From the NCBI GenBank assembly GCA_963738405.1, contig CAVTWJ010000005.1, positions 1 through 64,000 on the forward strand: a DNA stretch of 64,000 bases, given 5' to 3'. The position numbers and the translations under genes are program-made. Below the pieces are notes generated by a model, which was not told where the DNA came from, ran no database searches, and saw only the letters and a list, made by a program, of their open reading frames with translations. Positions 8,788 to 19,203 of this stretch are shown here, piece after piece (the first letter of the stretch is position 1; each line of letters opens with the position of its first letter). This stretch comes from a candidate division FCPU426 bacterium (GTDB lineage Bacteria; Oederibacteriota; Muellerivitia; Muellerivitales; Muellerivitaceae).

Positions 8788-8845
8788 GGAACATCACCCC
8801 TCTTTCGATATCGGCTCTTTCAAACAACCGTCCAACCCATCTTCC

Positions 8846-10156
8846 CTACCTGCTGTCCTGCGAGGCCGTCAGAAACCTTTGATCCGCCTCTTTGGCGAAG
8901 GAACTCAATAAGAGCTGCGGGTCCGCTTCCGGGTCCAATAATACGCTTTGAAGCGGGTCCTCATCCAGCAGGTCCCTGACCTGGGGCCAGCCTGGCACGT
9001 GGGGTTCCACCCTCGCCATGTCCAAGGAATCTTTCACCATCTGAAATTCCGGCAGGTCCATCACGTTGGTGGCCGAGGAGAAGGCGCTGGGAAAAATGGG
9101 CATCTGCAGTTCATGCATGCGGTTCCATTTCCAAAGCTGGGTGATGGGCGACAGATCGAACTGGACCCAGCGCCAGGCCGCCTGCTTTTTTTCGTCGCTG
9201 GAAGCCGCGTTAATAACAAACACTTCCCCGCTCAAATGGGCGGCCTTGCCTGCGGGGCCGGCGGGCAGGGGCGCGATGCCGAAGGCCTGGGGGTCCATCT
9301 TGTAGCGGGCGATCAGGGAAGGCAGGTTATTGGCCACCCCGAAGATCATCCCGACCTTTCCCAAAGCGAAGAGATGCAAAAGTTCCGGTTCCCCCATGAG
9401 GATGTCGGGCTGAAGGACGTTATATTTCCAGCGCAGGTCTTTCCAAAATTGGAGCGCCTTGACCGCCTCAGGGCTGTCGAAAGCGGCCTTTGTTTTTCCA
9501 TTGTCGGTTCGGATCAATTCCCCGCCCGCCTGCCAAACGAAATCCTGGAAGTACCAGGTCTTGGGCACCAGCCCCAGGCCGTAAACCCCGTCATGGCGCC
9601 GGGTGAGGGCCCGGGCGGCGGAAATCAGCTGGTCCCAGGTGGCGGGAGGGGCGTCGGGGTTCAGACCCGCCTTGGTGAAGAGGTCCTTGCGGTAAAGAAG
9701 AAACAGAAAGTTACTGTCGCTGGGGATTCCATAGGTCTTGCCCCCCACACTCACACTTTCCCAAAGCACCGGCTTGATAAAGTCCTTTTGGTTCCAACCC
9801 TGTAGATAAGAATCCACCGGTTGGAGAAACCCCATGGAAGCCAGGGTCTGTATGGCGCCCACCCATACCTTGACCAGGTCGGGCCCCTTCCCGCCGGACA
9901 TGACGGTGATGAATTCTTCCGGCTGGTATTCCCTTTCCAGGCCCTCGATTTGAATATCCTTGTTTTGCGACTCGAAATTGGAAACTTCCTCTTCCCAAAG
10001 CTGGCGGTCCAAGGGAAGGGACTTGGGAGGCTCGTTCCAAAGGGTCAGGTGAACGACCGTGCGGTCTTCCACGTTTTGGCGGCTGGCTTGGAATAGATAT
10101 TGGCTCAGCCCGAAGAGGGCGCCCGCGGTGAGGATGATGATCAAGATGTTTCGCAT
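8846..10156 (-). CDS. Sugar ABC transporter substrate-binding protein
   Basis: GKGPDL, GKTYGIP, LLYRKDLFTKAGL..PPATWD motifs; lies upstream of two permeases. Confidence 0.92.
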   Translation of the reverse strand: MRNILIIILTAGALFGLSQYLFQASRQNVEDRTVVHLTLWNEPPKSLPLDRQLWEEEVSNFESQNKDIQIEGLEREYQPEEFITVMSGGKGPDLVKVWVGAIQTLASMGFLQPVDSYLQGWNQKDFIKPVLWESVSVGGKTYGIPSDSNFLFLLYRKDLFTKAGLNPDAPPATWDQLISAARALTRRHDGVYGLGLVPKTWYFQDFVWQAGGELIRTDNGKTKAAFDSPEAVKALQFWKDLRWKYNVLQPDILMGEPELLHLFALGKVGMIFGVANNLPSLIARYKMDPQAFGIAPLPAGPAGKAAHLSGEVFVINAASSDEKKQAAWRWVQFDLSPITQLWKWNRMHELQMPIFPSAFSSATNVMDLPEFQMVKDSLDMARVEPHVPGWPQVRDLLDEDPLQSVLLDPEADPQLLLSSFAKEADQRFLTASQDSR

Positions 10157-10218
10157 GGTATCTTCTAAATGGGATTGAAAGACTGTTTATTTTATCAAAC
10201 TCGCCCCCAGTTAGGGGG

Positions 10219-12654
10219 TCAGGGTGAGGACGTGATGACCGTCAGCACCGCTTCCCGTCTTTTTTCGTCGGGAACGGCGGCGGAGGGGGTACCTTCACCC
10301 GTCAGTTGATCCCCCATGCCGACGGCATAGACGCTGCCCGCGGGAAGCTGAAGGTATTGGGTCATCCAATCGGCCACCTTTTGCGCCCGATCATGGGATA
10401 GCGCCACCAAGTCGCCCGTTTCGGAAGAAGCGCAAAAACCCCTCACCACCAGAAGGCTTTTATTCAGGTAGGGCTTGATCGAGGAAGCGGCGGTTTCAAT
10501 TTCTTTCTTACCCGCGTCCGATAGATCCGAGCCCTGGGCGTCGAAATAAACGGTGGTTAAATTAAGCGAAAGGCTCCCGCCCTTCCCCGCGCCTTTTACA
10601 TCCACTTGAAGTGGGAAAGAATCGGACGACCCCTCGTTCCCGGCCTTATCCAAAGCTGTGAGAGCGACGTTTAAGAATGAACCCTGAGGAACGGGGTGTC
10701 CATTCTGATCCATGCCATCCCAAATGAAGGTAGCGGGCGGAGCGCCCATGCCATCCACGGTACGGAAGGGTTCTTCTTTTTCGCCGTAAGTAAAGGCCAA
10801 AGACCATTGCTTGATTCCAACCGGATCGGCGGCGTTGAGGCCCAGCGTGAAACTGACCGGCTGGGAGGGATCGATCCAATGGCCGGAGCCTTTCAAATCG
10901 GCGACGGGGGGAGCGGTTTCGACATAAACATTCACTGCGTCGGATTTCAAAAGATTCCCAGCCTTATCCTCGGCGCTCAAGAAACAAATGTAGGTGCCGT
11001 CGGCAACGGGTTCCTTGTCGGTGTTCCTTCCGTTCCACTTGAGATTTTCCGGAAGTTCCTTATCGCCCTGGGTTTCATAAACCACTTTATTGGTAAAGGC
11101 CTCGCTGATCTCGAAATCCCAGGTCGCCACCGCGCGGGGTCCGCCCGCATCAACCTTGAAATTGAGCTGGGGTTTGGAAAGGCCCTTCCTCAAAGAAAGA
11201 TAGGGATTCTCGATTTGGACGCCGAAATGAGATCGCGGAGCAATGATCGACACGCTTTCCCGGTCGTCGGACAAAAGCTCATTCTTGGAATTAAAGGTTC
11301 GAAGGTGAAGCTGATATTCGCCCTCGCCAACTAGGTGGGCGGAGTTATCCATTCCCTCCCATCCCAGAAAAGGCGGCAATGGGCCGGTGCCGAAGAAGCT
11401 TCGGAGGGGTTTTTTATCGGCATCCTCCACAATCAAGCTCCATCGGTTGATATCCGGCGATTGGTCGCCGGGGAATGTCAGGGTGACAGCCTTTTGTTTT
11501 CCTGAAGGGGAGAAGGAAGAGGGATTGACCGCGATGGCTAACTTTCGCAAGGGTGAATTGGAAACGGGTTCGCCGGTAGCTTCCTGGGTGATACCCGCGC
11601 CGCTTGAAAGGTCGATCTCAGCGGAAGACATGCCGTTCGGCACGCCTTCAGGCCCGCCTTTCGTCACGGCGGTTTGGGAGGTTTTTTCTGAAGGTGAACT
11701 CTCGAAACGGTAAATGAAATTCACATAGTGGCCCGAGGGGGCACCATTGAGGGGCAGTTGGAAGGCGTAATCCACTTCATAGGGCTGCGCGGGGTGGTAG
11801 CCCACCCCTAAACTGAAGGCGCCATCGCTGTTCAAAAGGCCGTCGAACCCGACGCGGGCGGAAATGTTCTTCTCGTCGAAAAACCTCTCGGCGCCGACCC
11901 TAAGCCGATCCGTTTGGTTGGTGTTTTCGAGAATTTGGTCATAGATGAGCAAATCCATCTCCAAACGGGTATCTTGAATCTGCTGGTAAGCGGCTCCCAA
12001 GGTAAAGGTTCGGGGCAGGGCTTCCTCGGCGGTGTTGTTAAACCTCAATTCGGTATCCACGTTTTGCACGACCAGCGCGAAGGAAGCCAGGGTGCCTTGG
12101 GGGTTTCGCAGGTCGTAACTGAGTCCTAAGTCAAACCCCAACCCCCTGCCCCCGTTTAAGCCCCCGGTCATATCTTCCCCTAATGCCAGGTACTTCAAAT
12201 TGATGCCCATGAGGAAATCCCTTGAGGCATCCAGCGGCAGGGCGAAGGACCCGATATAAGCCGTGTTGGAAAAAGGCGCTTCCGGAAAGTCGGAGTATTG
12301 GGAAAAACCCAAGACCGTACCATCAGAGAGGGGATATAAAAAACCTAGGGAAAACTGGGCATCCATAGGGCCAGGCAAAAGACCTAAGCCTCCTTGGGTC
12401 ATCGGCACCAGGGCTCTGGCTGTTCCCGCCGGGTTATAGGGCAATGCCTGGGTTCCACCGGCAATGGCGGCAACCGCTCCGCCCATCCCAATGCCAAAGG
12501 CATCCTGTGCGACGTTTAAATTTTGGGCCCAGGCTTGGGGAAATGGGGCTATTACAGAAAAAACAATGAAGACAAAGGCATAGCCAAAACCCCTGGAAAT
12601 AGGGACTTTGAGGGTTCTTTGAGATTTAAGGATTTGAAGGTTGATCGTTAACAT
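10219..12654 (-). CDS. PorV/PorQ(UPF0164)-like barrel fused to FlgD-Ig-like repeats and a degenerate OmpA-like C-terminal domain
   Basis: GMGGAVAAIAGG..ALPYNPAG N-terminal motif and GFDLGLSY strands; three W(E/N/D)G.(D/N) Ig-like repeats; C-terminal TVYFD..S.LS...VRG...LSHDRAQKV. Confidence 0.75.
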   Translation of the reverse strand: MLTINLQILKSQRTLKVPISRGFGYAFVFIVFSVIAPFPQAWAQNLNVAQDAFGIGMGGAVAAIAGGTQALPYNPAGTARALVPMTQGGLGLLPGPMDAQFSLGFLYPLSDGTVLGFSQYSDFPEAPFSNTAYIGSFALPLDASRDFLMGINLKYLALGEDMTGGLNGGRGLGFDLGLSYDLRNPQGTLASFALVVQNVDTELRFNNTAEEALPRTFTLGAAYQQIQDTRLEMDLLIYDQILENTNQTDRLRVGAERFFDEKNISARVGFDGLLNSDGAFSLGVGYHPAQPYEVDYAFQLPLNGAPSGHYVNFIYRFESSPSEKTSQTAVTKGGPEGVPNGMSSAEIDLSSGAGITQEATGEPVSNSPLRKLAIAVNPSSFSPSGKQKAVTLTFPGDQSPDINRWSLIVEDADKKPLRSFFGTGPLPPFLGWEGMDNSAHLVGEGEYQLHLRTFNSKNELLSDDRESVSIIAPRSHFGVQIENPYLSLRKGLSKPQLNFKVDAGGPRAVATWDFEISEAFTNKVVYETQGDKELPENLKWNGRNTDKEPVADGTYICFLSAEDKAGNLLKSDAVNVYVETAPPVADLKGSGHWIDPSQPVSFTLGLNAADPVGIKQWSLAFTYGEKEEPFRTVDGMGAPPATFIWDGMDQNGHPVPQGSFLNVALTALDKAGNEGSSDSFPLQVDVKGAGKGGSLSLNLTTVYFDAQGSDLSDAGKKEIETAASSIKPYLNKSLLVVRGFCASSETGDLVALSHDRAQKVADWMTQYLQLPAGSVYAVGMGDQLTGEGTPSAAVPDEKRREAVLTVITSSP

Positions 12655-12699
12655 TGCATTTAATCATAGGCCAAGCCAATGTCATTCTAAAGGCAAATA

Positions 12700-13002
12700 T
12701 CAGTGGATTGAAGCCATTAACTGGCCTAGTAATCCGCTAACTACCTGCCGAATAAACTCGAGGCAAAAGAAGGCGAAAACAGGCGATATATCCAATCCGC
12801 CCAAACGCCAAGGCGGAACCAACTTTTGAAAGGGCTTCAGCATGGGATCGGATATCCGATAGATGATTTGAACCAGACTATTGTAGGGATCAGCGTTGAA
12901 CCAGGAGAGGACAACCCGGACGACGATGATAAATTCAAGCAATTTGAGGATGGTACTTATGAGGCCATCGAGAGTATTCAAAAAGGCTGTAATTACAAAC
13001 AT
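12700..13002 (-). CDS. yggT: YggT family membrane protein
   Basis: VRVVLSWF..DPYN...ISDPMLKPF...GGLDISP. Confidence 0.92.
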   Translation of the reverse strand: MFVITAFLNTLDGLISTILKLLEFIIVVRVVLSWFNADPYNSLVQIIYRISDPMLKPFQKLVPPWRLGGLDISPVFAFFCLEFIRQVVSGLLGQLMASIH

Positions 13003-13052
13003 CTCCCACCCCTTAACTTAAAACTTTAAAGATGGCTTTAAACCACCCTATT

Positions 13053-15632
13053 TCAAGGCCCTATTTCCACCCAGGTTTGGTTTGTATCAAGAAGATACCT
13101 TTGGGCCGCCGCCTGGACCTGAACGGCCGTGACCGCTTTTACCCTTACCGGAAGCTTATCCATAATATTCAAACCCAGCCCCGAAAGGGCATAACGCCCG
13201 TAGGAATAAACCTGGGAACGGTTGGATTGCTGATTCATTTGGTAGAGGCCGGTGAGGTAAGTTTTGGCCCTCTCCAAGTCGGTGCTTGAGGGCGGTTTTT
13301 GCGCAAAGTCTCTTAAAACCTCAACCAGCCCCTCTTTGGCAGCCTTAACCTTCGACGGGGCGCAGCCAATGTAAACCTGAAAGATACCCGATTGAATGGC
13401 CGCGTCGTGCGAGGCATGCACGCTATAGGCCAGGCTCTTTTGATCTCGAAGTTCGGCGAACAGACGCCCGCCCATGCCCCCCAAAAGGGTGTTCAGAACC
13501 CTAAAGGCAATGTAATCCTCAGATAGGTAATTGGGAGCCCTCATCCCTAGAACGATATGACTCTGCTGGCTCTTCAAGATTTCACGAAACCGCCCCTCAT
13601 TCCACGAGGACTTCTTAATGGACGGAAAGTCTTTTCGCTTGGCGTTTGAAAAAAGCAGGGTCTTTTCACGAAGGTCTCGGACCAACTCCTCTTTTTTGAA
13701 GTTCCCCACAGCGACCCAGGTGAGATTGGCTTTTCCCAAATAACCCTGGTGCCAGGCATTTATATCCTTTACGTCGAACCCTGAAACGGTTTTGACCGTA
13801 CCCATGGGCTCCTGACCATAGGGAGTTCCCTGGAAAGTAAGAAGGTCTGACTTGAGTAACGCGTAATCCGCCGGGTCGTCCTTTTGCCTTTTCAAAGCCG
13901 CGATTTGCATTCCTTTTTCTTTTTCAACGCCCGCGCGGGTAAAACCTGGCTGGAGCACCGCTTCCATCATCAAGGGAAAGGCTTCGGAAAAACGGTTGTC
14001 CAGACAATCCAAGGTCATGCCCCAATAGTCTTTTTCCATGAAGGGGTCCAAATGGGCGGCCAGCCCCTCGATACGGGCTGAAAATTGCTCGTAGGTCCGG
14101 TTTTCCGTTCCTTTGGTTAAACATCGGGTCAGGAGGTGGGTCAAACCCTGCCGCTTTTCCCCCTCGTTCACGAAACCGCCCTTGAAGAAAAGTCCCAGTG
14201 AAACCAGCGGGAGATCGGGCCTTAACTTTAAATAAAGAGAAGACCCGCCCGGCAGTTCAACGCGCTCGATCGCCAGGGATTTATTCTTGGCCGTACTTTT
14301 CTTAACAGGCGCGGGTAAAAGCGCTCCTTCGAGAAGGCTTTGGCAGGCTTTGGCGGAAAATTTAAATTTCGCGGTTTGGGGCTGGTACACCACCAAGGTC
14401 GCGCGGGACGGTTTCAAATAACGTTCCGCTGCCCTTTGAAGATCGGCGGAAGTGACCGCTTCAAGGGCGCGCATATAGGTTTCTTCTTTGTTGTAATCCC
14501 CCATCAGCTCCCAATAGCCCAGGGACTTCGCTTGGCCATCCACATTTTGTTTTTCAAAAATTTTGGAGGCGCGGACCTTGGTTTTGACCTTTTGAAGCTC
14601 CTCGGCGCCCACACCTTCTTTTAATAGATGGCGGACCTCCACCATCAAATCTTTTAGGAACCGTTCGCATCGGACAGCGTCGGTCAGGCCCTGGAAGGTA
14701 AAGGCCCCGCCGTACTTCCCCATAAAATGATCGCTTCCCACCTCATCCGCGGAGCGGCTTTTTTCTTTGATGGCCATGTTGAGACGGCCCGAATGCCCCT
14801 CGCCCAAAATGGAATCCAATATCTCCATGGCCGGCCCATCCTCGTGGTCCTGGGACACGGTAGGAAACCCAAGGGACAAATAGGTTTGCTGGATTTCGCC
14901 CTTTTCCACCACCAGTTTCAACCCCTTGGGTTCGGAGTCGGTTTGGAAAATTCGGCGGGGAGGGTTTCCGGCTTTGGCGGTTCCAAAGCTTTTTTTCACC
15001 CAAGAATGGATCTCCGGGGCTTTGACATTGCCCACGATCACCAAAACGGTATTGCGGGGAGTGTAATGGCGGCGGTAGTAGGCCAACAATTTTTCCCGGG
15101 GAACGCCTTTTAGGATTTTCTCATCCCCGATGACGGGCCAATGGTATGGATTTTTTTTGAAAAGCTCCCGGAACAAAATTTCCCAGGACCAGCTCCAAGG
15201 ATCGTCCCGGCGCATGCGCATTTCCTCAAAGACGACTTCCTTTTCCTTTTCCAATTCCCCGGCGTCGAAGGTGGAATGAAAATAGGCGTCGAATTCCACA
15301 TCCATGGCCTTTTTGATTTGATCGGCGGGAAGCACCACGTAAAAGCAGGTATGCTCGAAACTGGTGAAGGCGTTCAGGTAGCCGCCCGCGGCCTCGACCT
15401 CCCGGGAGATCTGGCCGACACCGCGCTTGACCGTGCCCTTGAAGATCATGTGCTCGATCAGGTGGGCCATGCCCCGCTCATCCTTCCTTTCGTCGATGGA
15501 ACCGGCGTCCACCCACAAATTGAGGGATACCACGGGCGTGGATGGAACTTCTTTAACGATTAAAACGGCGCCGTTGGGAAGATAAAAACGAAACAGACCG
15601 GTCTCGAGAGAGGAAGGGTCGGTGTTGGGCAT
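13053..15632 (-). CDS. M16 family zinc peptidase (pitrilysin/PqqL-like, two-domain)
   Basis: GMAHLIEHMIFKGT (HxxEH) and NAFTS. Start moved to the ATG at 15632 because the longer ORF overlaps tRNA-Leu. Confidence 0.93.
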   Translation of the reverse strand: MPNTDPSSLETGLFRFYLPNGAVLIVKEVPSTPVVSLNLWVDAGSIDERKDERGMAHLIEHMIFKGTVKRGVGQISREVEAAGGYLNAFTSFEHTCFYVVLPADQIKKAMDVEFDAYFHSTFDAGELEKEKEVVFEEMRMRRDDPWSWSWEILFRELFKKNPYHWPVIGDEKILKGVPREKLLAYYRRHYTPRNTVLVIVGNVKAPEIHSWVKKSFGTAKAGNPPRRIFQTDSEPKGLKLVVEKGEIQQTYLSLGFPTVSQDHEDGPAMEILDSILGEGHSGRLNMAIKEKSRSADEVGSDHFMGKYGGAFTFQGLTDAVRCERFLKDLMVEVRHLLKEGVGAEELQKVKTKVRASKIFEKQNVDGQAKSLGYWELMGDYNKEETYMRALEAVTSADLQRAAERYLKPSRATLVVYQPQTAKFKFSAKACQSLLEGALLPAPVKKSTAKNKSLAIERVELPGGSSLYLKLRPDLPLVSLGLFFKGGFVNEGEKRQGLTHLLTRCLTKGTENRTYEQFSARIEGLAAHLDPFMEKDYWGMTLDCLDNRFSEAFPLMMEAVLQPGFTRAGVEKEKGMQIAALKRQKDDPADYALLKSDLLTFQGTPYGQEPMGTVKTVSGFDVKDINAWHQGYLGKANLTWVAVGNFKKEELVRDLREKTLLFSNAKRKDFPSIKKSSWNEGRFREILKSQQSHIVLGMRAPNYLSEDYIAFRVLNTLLGGMGGRLFAELRDQKSLAYSVHASHDAAIQSGIFQVYIGCAPSKVKAAKEGLVEVLRDFAQKPPSSTDLERAKTYLTGLYQMNQQSNRSQVYSYGRYALSGLGLNIMDKLPVRVKAVTAVQVQAAAQRYLLDTNQTWVEIGP

Positions 15633-15657
15633 GGTGGTGACCCCGGATTTTAAAAAG

Positions 15658-15744
15658 TGGTGCGGAAGGGGGGAGTTGAACCCCCATGAGGTTGCCCCCG
15701 CTAGCACCTGAAGCTAGTGCGTCTGCCAGTTTCGCCACTTCCGC
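15658..15744 (-). tRNA. tRNA-Leu(CAG)
   Basis: GCGGAAGTGGCGAAACTGGCAGACGC-ACTAGCTT[CAG]GTGCTAGC, long variable arm, GGGGGTTCAACTCCCCCCTTCCGCACCA. Confidence 0.96.
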
Positions 15745-15799
15745 ACAAGTAATGAAGTAAAGGCGGCAAACTTGAAGGGCTTGTCTAACGAGGTCGCGT

Positions 15800-15829
15800 A
15801 GTATAAATTAACGGTAAAATAACTGTCAA
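15800..15829 (-). promoter_or_regulatory. Sigma70-like promoter for tRNA-Leu
   Basis: TTGACA-N18-TATACT on the minus strand, ~55 bp upstream of the tRNA. Confidence 0.6.
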
Positions 15830-15948
15830 GCGATGGTCATTCGTGATTTCGAGGCTTTCCAAGTCTCCCGGGCATGTATTCAAGTCTCCTTGAACCTTTC
15901 TCACTTCTCCCGAATTTCTCCATTGGCAAAACTTAAAAGGAAAATCGA

Positions 15949-18303
15949 TTGGTAAGGAAAAAGCACAAACATAAATCCTCCGGTGGTCATGACAAGAAAC
16001 ACTGGAATGATCCCCACAGGCCCCAGGCGCCTAAAACCGCCCACGGGCCCCATGCCCCGGGCTCGTCCCATTCAGCCCATACGCCCAAACATAAGGATAA
16101 CCCCCCCAAGAAAGCGGGCGCCCTTAAGCGTTTCTTCGCTTCTTTCGGAAAATCTTCCGCCCCTGAGACGGAGACTCCAGTTTGGAAAAGCCCTACTGGC
16201 CGTCCGGTTTCGAATCCGCCCGTACACAACCAGGGTTCCTCACAGCAAGAAAGACCCCATAAAGGCGGAAGGGGCCCTAAAAAACGATTTGGCCGAACCG
16301 GGTCGGGCAAACTGATCCCCTCCCCGAACCGTTTTGGCTCCTCGGGCCCCAAGGGATCTTCCCGGCATAAAAACCGTTTCGGTTCTTCCCATCAAAAGGG
16401 CCGCGAGGTTATTGGAACCGTCCAAGCCCATGAAAAAGGCTTTGGCTTTCTGGTTCCCGAGGATGGCACCACCGACGCTTTCCTGCCGCCTAACGAGATG
16501 CGAAGCATCCTCAATGGCGACAAGATCAAGGCCGAGGTTTATCCCGATCCCCGTCAGCCGGATCGCTTCGCCGCGAAATTTATTGAAATCGTTGAGCGAA
16601 AAAACCGCACCCTGGTAGGAATCTTAAGCAAAAAGAACGGCCAATTTGTCCTTCGGCCCGACGACCCTAAGCTTCCCACCGAAGTCTCCATTGAAATGAC
16701 CCAATTGAAGGCCGAAGAGGGTCAAAAAGCCGTTTTGGAAATCACCCATTGGCCCCCCGAGCATCAACTCAAGGGAAGACTCATTGAAATTCTCGGTTTT
16801 TCAGGCGACCCGGGTGTTGAAATAAAGTCCGTTATCCGCAAACATCAATGGCCTGAAAGTTTCGCCAAACTCGTTGAGACCGAAGCCCATCGTTTTCCCG
16901 CCGATCCCACCGAAGAGGACTTCCAAGGCCGTTTGGACCTGCGCCATCTGCCGATCCTGACCATCGACGGGGCCGACGCCAAGGATTTCGACGACGCCAT
17001 TTCACTCGAAAAGCTTCCCAACGGGTTTACCCGCCTGGGAGTCCATATCGCCGATGTGTCCCACTACGTCACACCCGAGAGCCCCATTGATAAAGAAGGC
17101 AAGGCCCGGGCCACCAGCCTTTACCTAGCCGACCGCGTACTGCCCATGCTTCCCCATTCACTGTCCGATGGGCTTTGCTCTCTCCGGGAAGGGGTTCCTC
17201 GGCTCACCATGAGCGCCTTTATGAATTACGACCCCCAAGGCTGGGTGGTTAAAACCGAATTCGCCGCCAGCGTGATTCAAAGCTCCCGCAGGGGTATTTA
17301 CGGCGAAGTTCAGCAGGTTTTGGATGGAACGGCCTCTCCCGAAATCGCTGAAAAATACGCATCCCTCAAGGGCCTCCTCTTTGAAATGCGGGACCTTTCC
17401 CGCTTGATTCGAAAGAATCGCTCTCAAAAAGGCGCCCTGGACTTTGATTTTCCCGAGGTGAAGGCTTATTTGGATTCCGAAGGCCGGGTCGCGGGCGTGA
17501 AACAACTGGACCGGCTTGAAACCAACCGCTTGATCGAGGATTTCATGGTTTCGGCTAACGAGGCTGTGGCTACTTTTCTTTCACAAAATAAAATTCCCGC
17601 CATGTACCGTATCCACGAGCCTCCCTCGCCGATGGATCTGGAAGAACTAATCGCCTTTTTGCGGGCCTACAAAATCGCCCACAAACATTTGGATCTTTCT
17701 TCCCCCAAGGGTTTGCAGGATCTCTTGTCTTCGATGAAGGGCGAGCCCCTGGAACCAGTTGTCAACACACTCGCCCTGCGGTCGCTGAAGTTGGCGGTCT
17801 ATTCCACCCAAAACCTGGGCCATTTCGGCCTGGGGCTGGAATCCTACTGCCATTTCACTTCGCCCATCCGCCGTTACCCCGACCTGGTGGTGCACCGATC
17901 GCTGAAAAAAGCTTTGGGAGTTCCGGGCGGTGTGGCGAAATCCGATGGGCTCGCTCAACAGGCCACCCATTGCAGTTTGCAGGAAAGGGCCGCGGAAAAA
18001 GCCGAACGCGAATGCCAGAAACTGCTTCAATTGCGGTTCATGGAAGACAAGGTGGGCCAATCCTTCAACGGTGTTTTCCGGCACGTTACTTCTTATGGAG
18101 CCTATCTGGAAATTCAGCCTTTCGGGGTCGAGGGCTTTTTGCCCTTGGAAAAACTAGGCGAGGGATACCGCTACGATGCCCAAGGGCTCTGCCTCTCAAC
18201 CGCTTCAGGATCGCACCTTCGCTTGGGGGATTCGTTGAAAGTAAAGATCAACTCCATCGATCGTATTTTCCAGCGGATGATTTTGGAGCCTTCCCGTGAC
18301 TGA
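15949..18303 (+). CDS. rnr: Ribonuclease R, with a long basic N-terminal extension
   Basis: TIDGADAKDFDDA, HFTSPIRRYPDL, cold-shock and S1 domains; adjacent to smpB. Confidence 0.96.
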   Translation: MVRKKHKHKSSGGHDKKHWNDPHRPQAPKTAHGPHAPGSSHSAHTPKHKDNPPKKAGALKRFFASFGKSSAPETETPVWKSPTGRPVSNPPVHNQGSSQQERPHKGGRGPKKRFGRTGSGKLIPSPNRFGSSGPKGSSRHKNRFGSSHQKGREVIGTVQAHEKGFGFLVPEDGTTDAFLPPNEMRSILNGDKIKAEVYPDPRQPDRFAAKFIEIVERKNRTLVGILSKKNGQFVLRPDDPKLPTEVSIEMTQLKAEEGQKAVLEITHWPPEHQLKGRLIEILGFSGDPGVEIKSVIRKHQWPESFAKLVETEAHRFPADPTEEDFQGRLDLRHLPILTIDGADAKDFDDAISLEKLPNGFTRLGVHIADVSHYVTPESPIDKEGKARATSLYLADRVLPMLPHSLSDGLCSLREGVPRLTMSAFMNYDPQGWVVKTEFAASVIQSSRRGIYGEVQQVLDGTASPEIAEKYASLKGLLFEMRDLSRLIRKNRSQKGALDFDFPEVKAYLDSEGRVAGVKQLDRLETNRLIEDFMVSANEAVATFLSQNKIPAMYRIHEPPSPMDLEELIAFLRAYKIAHKHLDLSSPKGLQDLLSSMKGEPLEPVVNTLALRSLKLAVYSTQNLGHFGLGLESYCHFTSPIRRYPDLVVHRSLKKALGVPGGVAKSDGLAQQATHCSLQERAAEKAERECQKLLQLRFMEDKVGQSFNGVFRHVTSYGAYLEIQPFGVEGFLPLEKLGEGYRYDAQGLCLSTASGSHLRLGDSLKVKINSIDRIFQRMILEPSRD

Positions 18304-18757
18304 AAGGGCCCCTTCCCTTTTCAACCGCAAGGCCCATTTCGATTTTTTCGTGATGGAAAGCCTGGAAGCGGGAATCGCCCTGGCCGGCTGCGAGGTTAAG
18401 TCGATCCGTTTAGGCAAGGCCAACCTTCAGGATAGTTTCGCGCGGGTGGATGAAGATGAGGTTTTCCTCTACGGCATGCATATCTCCCCCTACGCCCAAG
18501 GCAACCGCTACAACCCCGACCCGACCCGCATCCGCAAATTGCTTTTGAACCGGGAGCAAATCAAGCGCTTCGCCGCCCGTGTCCACGAGAAGGGCCTGAC
18601 CCTCATTCCACTTAAACTTTATTTCAAGGGCGGCAAGGTCAAGATCCAGTTGGCCTTGGCTAAGGGAAAGAATGTGGTGGATAAACGTCACAAGCTGCGG
18701 GAAAAGGAAGCGGAGCGGGATGTGGAACGGGTGATGAAAAACCGAAAGCGCATTTGA
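18296..18757 (+). CDS. smpB: SsrA-binding protein
   Basis: NRKAHFDF, EAGIALAGCEVKSIR, RKLLL, KGLTLIPL. Confidence 0.97.
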   Translation: MTERAPSLFNRKAHFDFFVMESLEAGIALAGCEVKSIRLGKANLQDSFARVDEDEVFLYGMHISPYAQGNRYNPDPTRIRKLLLNREQIKRFAARVHEKGLTLIPLKLYFKGGKVKIQLALAKGKNVVDKRHKLREKEAERDVERVMKNRKRI

Positions 18758-18767
18758 AGAAATCCCT

Positions 18768-18995
18768 CTAATATTTCCAGGCAATGACCCCAGGGAATAA
18801 AATCACGAGAACCAAAACCGTCGCGAAGAGAAAAAAACAAGCCGCCATCCCTAAGTAAAAAGACCTGCTCGCCTTTTCCTTTGAGAGTTTTTCAACGGCT
18901 GAAACAAAATCCGCTTGAACCATTTCCCCTTCGGCAAATTGGACCGCCAAATCCTTCATCGACGACTGGGTTTCTTTCTTATTTTCCTCCAGCAT
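18768..18995 (-). CDS. Small hypothetical membrane protein
   Basis: 75 aa, GGAGG RBS, single C-terminal TM helix. Confidence 0.6.
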   Translation of the reverse strand: MLEENKKETQSSMKDLAVQFAEGEMVQADFVSAVEKLSKEKASRSFYLGMAACFFLFATVLVLVILFPGVIAWKY

Positions 18996-19203
18996 TTTCC
19001 ACCTCCCGAGCGGGCTTGTCCGATGCTCTTTTGCGTAAACTTCAATGTCCCAACTGAGGGTCCATCTAAAAACCCTATTAGTTTAAAGGCCTTTTTTATG
19101 AAAAATGGCCGCTTTGAATAACCATTTGACAAAAAACACAAAAATGCTAATATTCATACGTTAAACCTATAAGGTTAATCGCAATCCTTCTGCAGGAGGT
19201 TTT

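Noticed and set aside
15633..15707. N-terminal extension of the M16 peptidase ORF
   Set aside because: It overlaps tRNA-Leu; the ATG at 15632 is preferred.
18757..19200. tmRNA next to smpB
   Set aside because: No GGGG...TCCACCA tRNA-like ends or tag ORF found here.
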